Origin: Azolla caroliniana
Taxonomy: Eukaryota; Plantae; Polypodiophyta
Direction of reading: 5' to 3'
Assembly (NCBI GenBank): GCA_043228905.1
Contig: JBHGNT010000144.1
Coordinates: 1 to 64,000, forward strand
Length of the DNA: 64,000 bases
The number at the start of each line of letters is the position of its first letter. The stretch's first letter is position 1. Position numbers and translations under genes: made by a program. This document shows, piece after piece, positions 37,568-49,500 of the stretch. The notes beneath the pieces are model-generated. The model was not told the DNA's origin. It saw only the letters and a list, made by a program, of their open reading frames with translations, and ran no database searches.

Positions 37568-40500
37568 TCTCCCTTGTACAGACCGCCTTCCGGAATGCTT
37601 CGAACTTTGACGCTAGGCCCCCAAGACAAACCTGCACCATCTCATCTTCCTCAACGGTTACGTTGATAGCGGCAAGTGAGTCGCATATTTCTTTGATCTG
37701 GGCCATATAGAGCTTCTCCGTTGGAAGCGAGCTAGCCAATCCTTTGTCCATTCTAACCTTTGTTTATTGCTCTTTACCAGGTATTAGGGTTTGTCTTCGA
37801 AAATCTCTCGTCGGTTGCAGAGGTTCTCAACCCTCACACTCGGATACCATGTAAAAGAATATGATTGTGGAAGCTAAGACAAAACCGGCTCGTCCGGATA
37901 GCAAAAGAATACAGACACGGGTTTAATGGAAACCTTACGCGAGAGAGACAAAGTTAGAGCAAAGCATAAAAACAGTGTATATTCCAAAACACTAAAAACT
38001 CTCGTACATACAATGTGCTCTGTGAGTACTTTTATACAAGTCCTTAAAAGGACTAACAAAAGTACTGACAAGTACTTCAATGCTCATACGAGCGACTGAC
38101 GTTGATTCCTAAAAATATACCTACGTACTAGGCTAGATTCATAGGTCTCTAACAGCCTACTGGTTACAATCCAATCCGGCTCCTGGTTCTAGATACCATC
38201 CAGACATTGATCTGGTTCTTCATTCCGAACTCCGATCCGGCTCTAGCTTGTTCAGCCGATCCGGATCCGGTTGAGCTTACCCACTCAACAAGAAGGGATT
38301 AGGATTCTTCTTCTACGAGAATTTTGGTTTGTGAGGTTGGTTCTTATAAGCGTTTGAGGTTCTCTGTGAGTTCGAGTTTTAGGGTTGTGAGTTTTGGTGT
38401 TCTCTCTCATCTTGTAGGAGAGGTGTTGGGTTTGGGGTTCTTCTACAATGAATGGCTTCTTCGGCATTTTAGTGGAGGTCTGTTCAGTGATTTGGTTGTC
38501 TTCTCCATGATGGAGAACGTTATGTGTCACAACGGTTTCGGGAAGGATGGGTTGACTTGGTGATCAGTCTTTGAAGGGAGGATGAAGTGACACGGGAATA
38601 TTACATTGTCTTCAAGGGGTGAGAGTAATAGTGGTAGTCGCAGTCTCGTCGGTTCACTTGACTTGCCTTCACGAGATTCTTCTAGCTTCCCTTCTTAGTT
38701 CTTTCTTATATGTTTGCTTAATCATGTAACCGATTCTTGTAAAAACCATCGAAATCGTTGTATTAAACCGATTTGTTGTATAAACCCTATTTTGCATCAT
38801 AAGTTGTGTATGTTTTCCCCATGATTTTGTGATAATTTCTTATTCGTGCATTAACCATCCATTCGGGTCATTGCACTGATTGCTCTTGAACCATAATCTT
38901 GTCCGATCAGTCAAAAGGTCGACAGGAGGGAAAGGTCGGGAAAAGTCATAGAGTCGAAAGCTCAACGAGGAAAGGACGTCGAGCAAGACTTAATGAGGAA
39001 AGGAGGAGTTGAGCGAAAGCTCGTCGAGTCAAAAAATCGATGAGCCCCTAAGCTCGACAAGGAGCCTTATAAAAGGCGGGTGTGAATCCTCAACTTTTGT
39101 CGAATACGGGTGTCTAATGACCGTATTCGCATTGTCCCTTGGATAGACTAGGTTTAGGATAATTCTGTAAATATGTCAAAGGGCATTTTCCCTAGCCCAA
39201 TTAGTATATAACGAGCTTTGTAACCTAGCTCATAAGGTTGTTGCCTCCATTTGTTGTAACTCTGATCTTTCGAATAATACAGTTACATATTGTGTGTTAT
39301 TCTCTATCTCTCTCACTCTCACTCTGTCTCCTTGATCTTGCCTTCACTTGCTAACTCGGTGATCTTCTTAGCAAAATGTTGTTCTTGTTTCCCCACTGAC
39401 GGTCTCAGACTCCAACATCTGGTATTAGAGCTTGAGGTTCTTCAACTCGGTGTTGGCCGTCATCTGTTTTCAACAGCATTCTTGCCCTTGTCTTCCTAAA
39501 GACCCTGAGCTCAACTTCTAATCTTGAGAAGAGAGAGACAAATGAAAATTTTCACTCTATTGAGCTAAACCACTCTTAAGGTAAGGCAGTCGGTTATACC
39601 TTGCTTCTATTATTGCAGCCCCTCAGAGTGGAATCTCTATCAAATCGACCTCGATCGTGCTTTACCAAGTTAGACACTATCCACTCATTTGTTGTAACCA
39701 CTCAATGCAGATCCAGCCCTAGGAACAACCTCATTTGTGCTTCACTCGACTAGACGAATTTGTCCCTCTAATCATCGTAGCCACTCGAAGCAAGATCGAC
39801 CTGAAAAGAAGGCACATAATCTATAATCGTCCTCTAAAAATTTGTATTCAAAACGTATTTGGCATATAGTTGTGTTCAATTCGACTAAGAGATATTCGAG
39901 AAGACCAATTGTTGGTTTTGTCCCTGCACTTGTTGTAGCCATCTGGAGCAAACTCACCATCTAATAGTCATTAGAAACTCAATTGGCAAACTCATGTCCA
40001 AATCCGGCTAGAACGAATTTGAGTGAGCTAGTAGGCTACACCCTACCACTATTCATAGCCAACTCTAGACATAATTTCCCAAGGCCGACGCAAATGGCAT
40101 CAACATCTGGTTCATCAGAAATGAGTCTAAGGAAGTTTGATGGATCGAACTTCAACTTCTGGAAGGAGCAGATGCATGACTATCTAATAGTCAAGGGCCA
40201 AATTGACCCAATCGAGACTGAAGACGCTCCAGAAGGATACAAGCCGAATGAGTGGCAGAAGCTGGACAGAATCCTCCACACCACAATTCGGATGCACTTG
40301 TCAGAGTCAATGTACTTCACAGTGCAATCGTATTCGGCCGCCTTTCAACTATGGAAGACACTCTCAAACACTTACGAAAAGAAGGTCACCGCCACAAAGA
40401 TATATTTGATTCGGCGCATCTACAACCTTCGGATAAAAGAATCTAATTCGGTCCAGGCACACCTGAACGAGTACGAGAGTCTAAGCTCTCAGATCTTAGC

Positions 40501-41382
40501 CCAAAGGACGACAATGGAAGATGAATTGAGAGCAATGTTGCTCATGAGAAGTCTCCCCCCTTCTTGGGAAACTTTCCTCACAATTGTGTGCAATGCATCT
40601 ACTACAGCAGTAAAATACTCCGAAGTCACAACTACAATTGTAACTAAAGAAACTTGGAGGAAATCGTTTACAAACGGTTCGGCCAATGACGCCTACGTAG
40701 TACAAGGTTCGGATAGTCGTGGGAGAAGTTCTTCTTGACCGCCGATAAATCAACGAAGTTGGAGTAGGTTGCGGGACAACCGAAATTGCAACTATCGCAA
40801 GAAACCCAAACACATCAAGGCCGATTGTCGCGCCCTCAAAGCTAAGAATGATAAAACCCAATGAGCTAATCAAAAGTGTGGCTGGCATGAGGAGGTCAAC
40901 TACATCGGCTCATTAGCCGAAGTATTATCGAACGACCAACACATTTTGTTCATCGAACACTCTGTCGAATCATAAGTTCTACTTATGACTAAAAAGTCAA
41001 GCATTTGGCTCCTGGATTCGGGCACTTCATACCATGTGACCCTTCACAGATCCCAATTTTGGCAATATTCAGCCTGACATTCCGACAAAGTCCAACTCAG
41101 AAATTTGTAGCATTGTGCTATAATTGGAATCGGCACTATAGAGCTCAACCTTTCAGGTGGCTCTACATTAGTATTGCACAAGGTCCGACATGTACCTAAG
41201 CTCTCAAGGCCATTGATCTCAATCGGACAACTAGATGAAGACGGCATTCGTGTTGGCTTCTCATCAAGAGGGTGGACACTCCACAGAGGAGACCTCCTAC
41301 TTGCTCAAGGTACAAAAGTACATTCTCTGTACCCACTATATGTCACACTCAGAGAGGGTGACTTGCTCTTGGTTGATATTCA

Positions 41383-42189
41383 TGACGGGAACTACAACGT
41401 TCCTTATGTGCAACGCTCGGCCACAACCGAGCTTAGAATCATACACAGAAAACGGGAAATGAAACGCACGACACAAAGAGGAGAAGACGAGTACGCAGGA
41501 TGTTTACGTGGAAAACCCAAACTAAGGGAAAAACCACGGCAGCCCACATGCTACAAACTATCACTATGTTAGAATGTACAACAGTGAGTTCACGGAGGCA
41601 ACGACCTCGTGCTCACGATCCTCGCCACAGGCGGCGGTTACAACAGAGGCAACGACCTCTTTCTCTCTCTCTCTCTCTGTGTACACAGTTACACGTTGTC
41701 TCTCTCCTTGCACCAACAAGAATGAAAACAACTACTAAAAGTTTGCCCTAAGTCATATTTATACTAATATGACTTTTCGGCTATTTACAAATATAGCCTC
41801 TATGGACTCACAAAAACATATTTACGAATATGTCTCCTCATCCGGTTCTCACCGGGTTTGCACCATCCGGCTCTCCGTAGCCGGATACTCCTCATCCGGT
41901 TCTCACCGGGTCTGCACCATCCGGCTCTCCGTAGCCGGGTACTCCTCATCCGGTTCTCACCGGGTGTGCACCATCCAGCTCTCCGTAGCCGGATACTCCT
42001 CATCTGGTTCTCACCGGGTCTGCACCATCCAGCTCTCCGTAGCCGGGTACTCCTCATCCGGTTCTCATCGGGTCTGCACCCTCCGACTCTCCGTAGCCGG
42101 GTACTCCTCATCCGGTTTCGGCCTCAACCGAGTTTTTTCATCGGCACTGTTCTTCTCCCTTCCAATCCGGAGGGACCTGTCTCCCAACA
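41383..42189. mobile_element. Solo LTR (807 bp), same family as 32061-32868, with five 54-bp repeats
   Basis: TGACGG...CCAACA; degenerate TSD ATTCA/AT-CA; repeat unit CTCACCGGGTCTGCACCATCCGGCTCTCCGTAGCCGGGTACTCCTCATCCGGTT. Confidence 0.88.
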
Positions 42190-42979
42190 ATCATGTGTCA
42201 TAACTATGGCATGGACGACTCGGACACCTCAGCAAGGCCGGCATAACGCATTTATCCATATCCGGATACATCCCCAAACTCTCCTTCTCGGATCACCAAT
42301 TCTACGAGCACTATCAGTATGGAAGAATTTGAGTCGAATTTAGTTATGAATATGAATAGATTATAAGAAAGAGATAGAAATTCATGAATCCCAAGAATAT
42401 AGTTTTTTAGCTTTATTAATATTTAACCCTAATTATACTTTCGAATAGATTGGAATCGATAGGAATATATTGGAAAAGAGAGTCTATCGAAAACCTCGTG
42501 AATCCCACGAGTATTATATTAATCAATATTTAGACCCAAATAATCAACCCATATCCCCCCCCCCCCCCCCCCTTTATTACATTGTGCTTCCCATTCTTAT
42601 AAAGTGATGGGAGAGGCTTAGCACATAACAATCTATGCTTTTTTCTAACTATAGACTTTATGCTTTTTCTTCTAATAATAGTGTCCATGCACGTGAGATG
42701 TGCATGAATAACTTTTTCAATCATGTGATTTCTTTTAAATAAAGTTTTAGGCACTTTACACGTATAAAAGTAGCTTTTCTTATAAAATATAGGTGAAATA
42801 ACCTTTGTATGTGGGATATCTACTTTTTTAACACTCATCATGTATTAGTGTAATGGTAATGCTTCAAGTTATTAACATGGATGTACAAGGTTCAAATCTT
42901 GTCCTATGTATGTTAACATATGTTTTAATATTTCCTTCATATTTATTCAATCGGTTATTTTATACGTTTTTTACGTAGT

Positions 42980-43478
42980 GTACAAATTACACTACGACAA
43001 CATGGAAAACCCTAACCGAAAAAAACCACGTGAGCCCACAAACCCCAACTATCACTATGAGAGGAAGGGTACAATGAGAGACTTAGAGGCAACGACCTCA
43101 AGCTCTATGTCTTCGCCAACCAGCGGTTACAACAGAGAGTACTTTATGTTTCTCTCTCGCTCTCTCTCTCTCTCTCGCTCGCTCTCTACAACAAGAATAA
43201 CCATAATGATGATCTACATGCAAAACAGTATTGCCCTAGTTATATTTATACTTATATAACTTTGGGGTTATTTACAAATATGACCTCAACGGTCACGTCT
43301 GAACATATTTACTAATATGTTCCTATTTGCTGGTTCATACAGGATCCGATTGGACTCCTTCCAAATCCATCTAATCCGGTATTCGGATACCTTCCGGACC
43401 CATCCGGTCCGGTTCCTTCCTTCGGCTCGTCCAATCCGGCTCATCCGGATCCCATCCAGAGGGACCTGTTTCCCACCA
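42980..43478. mobile_element. Partial LTR of the family seen at 9164-9698
   Basis: Collinear similarity, e.g. GGAAAACCCTAA..GAGCCCACAAAC..GCAACGACCTC..GAGGGAC. Confidence 0.8.
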
Positions 43479-44289
43479 AGAGGCTTTATGGCTCAGTCGG
43501 CTGGCGTGTACGTTTCTACAAGCCGACCCCAATTCGGCCCCAGTTGTCTACAATGACAGTCTAGGTGTTGTTGGTCTGTCAAAGAATCTAGTTCATCACA
43601 ACGCCTCCAAACATATCCACGTTCGGTATCATTTCGTTCGAGACTGTGTAACTTCAGGGAATCTCAACCTCGAGAAGATCTCCACAACCAACAACATATT
43701 AGACGGGATGACCAAGTGTCTCATAGTTGATCGGTTCCGGTCACTTCAACACCAGATGGGCCTAAGGAGTATTCAGTCCGATCGAGTTAGACAACAGAGA
43801 GAGCTTCGAGCACTCGGCCTTCCGATCTACTCTAGCATCTCTTTGTATAACCTGTATTTTCTATTTTATATTACAGGTCTCTCATTAATGTATACGCCCA
43901 TTACGGGGGAGCGTCGAATGCCGTTGTCTAATGGTCATATTCACATTGTCCATTGGAAAGATTAGGTTTAGGACAATTCTATAAATATGTCAAAGGAAAG
44001 TTGCCCTAGCCCAGTTAGTATATAAGGGGCTTTGTAACCTAGTTCATAAGGTTGTTGCCTCCATTTGTTATAACTCTAATTTTTTGAATAATAATACATT
44101 TACATATTGTGTGCCATTCTCTATCTCTCTCACTCTCACTCTTGTCTCCTTGATCTTGCCTTCACTTGCTAACTCGGTGATCTTCTTAGCAAGGTGATGT
44201 TTTTGTTTCCGCACTTCCTAGTCCAAGACCGTTGTGGTCCCGCTCGGACAACACTCACGCGAATCATCGCGACAACATGATCTAGTTGC

Positions 44290-45200
44290 ACACTTTTATC
44301 GAGGTTGATTCTGATTGAGAAACCAAGGTATTTGACCATTGAGCCCCTCGGAATCCATTTGACGCCTCAGTGGGGTTCCAAAGGTTGACGAGGCATCCAT
44401 GTGAGGTTACCTTGAAGCCCCTGACTTTTGCGCTTGAGGCCCTACAAAAGGTTTCTACCATTTCCTTTGCTTTGCTAAGGTTAGAGATGGAGCCATGCAA
44501 GAAAAGCATGGTATCATCTGCAAACTCCAAATCAATCAGATCCTGTTTGCAATTGGGGATCGAGAGTCCTTTTGGAGGAGTTGTAGACCTATTCAAGTAG
44601 TTCAGAGATAAAGAGGAAAAGGAAGGGGGCCTCCTACACTGATCATGTGAGGTGAAACCTTGTGCCTTTTCTTCCGGACAGACAGCAAGACGCCTTTTCA
44701 AAGTCCAACATTAAGCAAACGATGTTCTGATTAGTAGGCCGTGCAACTGCCAATGCTTCCCAGAATGTTAAGACATTATCGATGATTGATCTATAATTTT
44801 GACATAAAGCTTGTTTGGTTGATCTGGATAAGATCGGGCATGAAGCTTTTGATTCTCTGTGCCAAGACGTTAGCATAGATCTTATAAATCGGGTTGAGAA
44901 TAGTAAAAGGCCTCCAATTTTGAATTGTTTCCATTTCTCCATTTCCTTTGGGGACCAAGTAGATCATCCCCTCTGCAAAAAAAGACTCTGGCATGTGTTC
45001 AGTGCTCCACATTTCCTAGAAGCCTTTCACAGTCGTATCAGAGATTGCATCCCAGAACATGTCAAAGAAAATCAGTGGAATTCCATCGATCCCTGGACAT
45101 GCGGCAAGACTGATTTTCCTCAATCCATCTGCTATCTCAGCTTTATCTAAGGGTCTGCATATTCTACTCTAATCAGCCCCTGTAAGCCTGGACTGTATGC
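44290..45200 (-). mobile_element. L1-type LINE reverse transcriptase fragments
   Basis: GMIYLVPKG..NWRPFTILNPIYKI, LMLDFEKA, EFADDTMLFL. Confidence 0.82.
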
Positions 45201-45399
45201 ATGTAAGAACTTATGTAAGAACAGTTGGCAAGGAAAGTATGGACTAAAGAATGGATGCTCTCTTCAAATATGCAAGAGATCTGCTACCTATCTTAGGTTT
45301 CTATCCACGAATTGGAATCCAGAGGAATGGCTGGAAATGTGGAAGAAAATAGTGATATGTGGGGAAGGATGCGAGGAAGGAAACTGGTTGCTTATCTAT

Positions 45400-45660
45400 G
45401 CATCCCTAAACCAAGAGGTGGACTGCCAAAAAAGCACTTTCCATTTTTACAAAGATGTGTTACTTTCAGACAAACAAAAAACCATGAGACCTGCCTGGAT
45501 GGTTGCAGGCCAAAAGGAGATGGGAGGCTGGGACACACTTAAAACTGTCTCAGAATCACAAACGCTTGACATGTTTCTATGCATCTAATCTCCTGGAACG
45601 TACAGGGATTAGGCGACGGACATTGTCAGATGGATAAGAAACAATTCCGCGGGGAATTCA
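45400..45660 (+). mobile_element. LINE fragment containing the start of ORF2 (AP endonuclease)
   Basis: MHLISWNVQGLG motif at 45579. Confidence 0.55.
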
Positions 45661-46221
45661 AATATGTAGTCCAAACTCTCATTCACCAGCTTTTTCAATA
45701 TTCTCTAAATATTTGTTTCCATGGAAGTTCTCAATCTATTTTGCTTGAGGTTGATGGTAAGTCATTAGTTATTGCTTATCGATAATAACATGGTAGTGGG
45801 TTAACCACCTCTATGATAGGATATTAGGCCATTGGCATGACAAAATAAGACTCGATCCGGATATGATTTATAAAGCAACCACATGCATTGTAGTATTCAT
45901 AAGAGTAGTTAAACAAGATCATTGCCCTCTTTCTTACTCATATTTATTCTTATAAGAGTGACAAATTACAAGAATGAGTAGAGAAATAAGTAATTGTCGG
46001 AATGACATTGTGAATATACTAAGGCTCAAGTCTCTTCTATTCTCCTCTCAAGAATAACTTATCAAGTGGTTTGTCATGGAAGTATAGGTACAAGGCAACA
46101 ATACTTTATCTGCTACTAGAGATATAATTAGTGAATAACTTCTCGAAATTCCAATTATATTAAGTTGAACAATAAACCCCACAATTTATTAGTATTCTAA
46201 GGTGATTGGTTAAAGTTTTAA

Positions 46222-46535
46222 GGGAAAAGTACAAGGATACCCCTGGAAGTTCGTCTATTTACAAGAATGCCCCTAGAAGTTCCAAATTTACCAAACTACC
46301 CCTATGTCCAATAAATTACACTTTATAAAGTAATTATACACTCAAATCTTTGGTAAATAGGGCCAGTTTGGGTCCATTTCTTCCATCTTTGGTCAATAGG
46401 GGTTGTAGATTTGATTGTATAAATACTTTATAAAGTGTAATTTTTTGGACATAGGGGTAGTTTGGTAAATTTGGAACTTCCAGGGGCATTCTGGTAAATA
46501 GATAAACTTCCAAGGGTATCCTGGTACTTTCCCCC
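46222..46535. mobile_element. MITE with ~110-bp TIRs (Mutator-like)
   Basis: GGGAAAAGTACAAGGATACCCCTGGAAGTT... matches the reverse complement of the right end; imperfect 8-9-bp AT-rich TSD AGTTTTAA/AATTTTAA. Confidence 0.82.
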
Positions 46536-49500
46536 AATTTTAAATAGGTTTATTATTTACAGGGGCATAATTCACATGTTTTAACAAGTTCTTCGTTGTT
46601 TATCTTATACTACATTGCATGTTCATATTTTTCCTTAGAATATGGCTTTCCAAGTTTAAGATTTCACGAGCTCAAGTCTTTGAAAAAAGAAAATGAGATA
46701 ATAAAGAATTTTATTTTATGGATTTTTACACCTCCAAAATCATCTATATAACCATAGAGCAAGGGCGGATGTACACGTAGGTAGGTGCCTTTTGTGCAAT
46801 CTTTTACTATTCACCATATCAATAATTCTATAAAGGCATTGATGCCATCTTGTAAACAATAAAGCATCCACTTTATCAAGTCGAGAGTGTTGAGTTGCCT
46901 TTCTACTTATTCTATATATAGTTCTACTCCTAAAAACTTCGGATAAAATGCCTCGTGTTTGAAATTGCAAAACTAAACAAAGAGGAAAGGATAATTGACC
47001 TTGAGTGTAAATGCTTTGGATGTAGAGGTTTTAAGGACATGGGTAATGCACCATGACAGGGGAAACAAGTTGTATGCGTGTTAGGTGAGAATAGAAATTA
47101 GAGAACATTGACATAAATAGATAGATTTCTACAATCATCCTTGAAGGCATTATATAACCTTCAAGGATCACAGAAAATATATTCATGTGGCGTGTGTAGA
47201 ATCGATCATGTGGGTTTTAGTACAAGGATGATATGCGTCACTTTCTAATTGACGTTAGATAGATTGTTAGTGTTGCATGTTTTTGTTAAATGGTCGAGTT
47301 TCCAAGGCCATATCTTTTACACGATCAATAGGCAAGGAATCTTGTTGAGCTCCTTATTATTTCTTATTGCTACAAACACAGGTACGATACACAATGAAGC
47401 AAAATGTATGGGAATTTTTGAAGATATTCTCCCATTATGGCAACAACTAATAGCTCAAATGTTGGCGAATGATTCGTTCATGTTATTAAAAGGTCTAACT
47501 TAAAATATAGTTAAAGTCATCAAAGTGTGGAGCATATTTTCCTTGTGTAGTGGTTACACATTCATATGCACATGTCTATGTTGATCTAATGCACTTAAAT
47601 TTGTTTGATTTATCTTGGAGGACATGGTTGAATATTGTAACAAAGTGAATATGTTACCCTATTCTTATTGATGTCGTATTCTCACAAAGTTTAACTTGGA
47701 GATCGATTATAATCCTATTTAGATTTGTATATTATAAGTTTTGGGCCTAGTCATTGATATACTTCAACCTAAAGTGGTGAAACCAATTAACATGCTTGTG
47801 ATTTCATATTTTTATTATAATATCATGGACAAACAAGTCACTTGATCAATTGACTCATCCACTAAAGTCTACATATGAGTTGAGTTTTATGGCCATATGC
47901 ACCCTAAAGTGCTTAGGGAGTAGTCTTGCTCAATTTGGAAGACCATAAAGTTTCACATGGATTCAAACACTTAAAGGTTGGTATCTATCTTGGGAAAATG
48001 AAGTTTGAAGCTTGATGGTGAGCATGTTATTAATAGTGCTAAGTCATTTGAAATCTCAAATTTTATTATGGCTCAACACTTAGTGCTCTTGTAGTAACAA
48101 AGATTTCGATTGGTCAAGAGGCAACGGTAGAATGTAAACACTGGAGTAATTCCCCTACGAAAAACAACATTCACTTCTTCAAGGTTTTTTCCATTGGGAT
48201 GGAAAAGAAAGTCTCAAGTCAAAATATAACTCTATATAGAGCAACTTGGTTTCATGGTTGTAAAAAATATTATTTTTGTGTCATGTAGGAAAATCATGAT
48301 CTTCAATATTGTTTTAACCACGTTTCATATACCTTATGGTTACATTCCATGAGAAAATACTTGTTTGGTGGGAAATATTGGGTGATTTGGCTTAGGTGAT
48401 GACTTTAAAATTCCAATACATTTTAGATGAGATGTGTCTTCTGTGTTTAGTTATTGAGAAGGATTATGCATAGATTCCTCACATGCATGATTGTTAAAGC
48501 CATTCAAGTTGTTATGTTGCAAATCTTGCAATCATTACCTAGAAAATGTGTGTAGCCTTTTTAGTGGGTTTCCACTTGGGAATCAAAAGCATTACTCTTC
48601 CCCATCTAGTGAGGTAGTATTTGAATACCTTGGATATTAGGGTCTATGGTACCATTGGGGTAAGAAGAAAGGGTTCTTGTTTGATGGTGTCTATGGAGTA
48701 TGAGTATATCGATTGAAAGGAAAATTGATTTGGAAGTTTCAACTTTCAACAATATAGTTGTGTTGAAATATTGTCCATAGAGGAGTTGGCATTATATAAG
48801 GTAGTCTTACAATACCTTAGAGGGTTAGCCTTGCCACAAGATCCTGACTATTATTCTGGTGGACAACGGGGTTTTTATATTTGTCTCAATAAATATACTA
48901 CTTTTAATAGAGAGAAAGTAAATGAAAAAGTAGATTTGTTTGTTTTATTTTGCACATTTGAAAGACAAAAAGGGATAAATTAGTTAGTACAAATTTGTTG
49001 TATAGTTTGGACATTATTGGCATAAGAGCAAAGGTGACACGTATCTTTGAGAATGCATAGGTTGATAGTGATGTTTCTCCACTTCCCTTTCTTTTCAAAC
49101 TGCACTTTATTTTTTTTATAATCAATGCCAAGTGCATAGGTGGCTTTCGTTAGGTTCAAGTGGGCTAATGGGAAAACCACATATAAATAGAAATTTAAGC
49201 TTTGTTGTTCTTTGAGTAGGAAGCAAATTAAATTCTAATTTCAAATGGACAGGTGTCATTTGAGTTAGACAAGTAGGGCCATACCAATAAGAGTGAGACT
49301 TAGTTGAGAAAAGGCCGAGAAAAATATTCATATACCATACATACACGAATACATGCACACAGACACATCCTTATGTTTGTTTATATATAAACAATGTGTT
49401 TGGCCCATCCCAAATGTAATGTAGCACACAATAAACATGATCGGAATCTTCTTGTCCACTTTATGCGTAGATAAGTCTAATCATTGGATACAAGGGAGAA

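Larger units (their letters stand above)
10816..38290 (-). mobile_element. Full-span degenerate Copia element hosting four nested insertions (5' LTR 37850-38290; 3' LTR ~10816-11254)
   Basis: Similar ~440-bp LTRs; TSD GGAAG/AGAAG; PBS TGGTATCCGAG (minus) next to 37850; gag ~37750-37570 and 31560-31170; protease WYVDSGASNHM and GAG-pre/integrase 31175-30480 and 27330-26500; RT 26500-26018, 19680-19362 and 12615-12360; RNase H ~12350-11850; PPT reverse complement CTCCCCCTCAAG at ~11255. Confidence 0.88.
39098..44213 (+). mobile_element. Internally deleted Copia element (5' LTR ~39098-39417, 3' LTR ~43912-44213); integrase core and RT lost
   Basis: Homologous LTRs; PBS TGGTATTAGAGC at 39420; gag KFDGSNFNFWKEQM; protease WLLDSG; LWHGRLGH at ~42205; RNase H EALWL..SKHIHVRYHFVRD at ~43480-43650; exact LTR 3' ends ambiguous. 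Confidence 0.8.

Noticed and set aside
41835-42118. CRISPR-like array (also 32528-32797)
   Set aside because: Contiguous 54-bp tandem units with no unique spacers, inside LTRs; no cas genes
38900-44277. Outer solo LTR (38900-39097 plus 44214-44277) enclosing the deleted Copia
   Set aside because: TG..CA ends and TAATCT/TGATCT flanks are suggestive, but the boundaries and TSD length are not convincing
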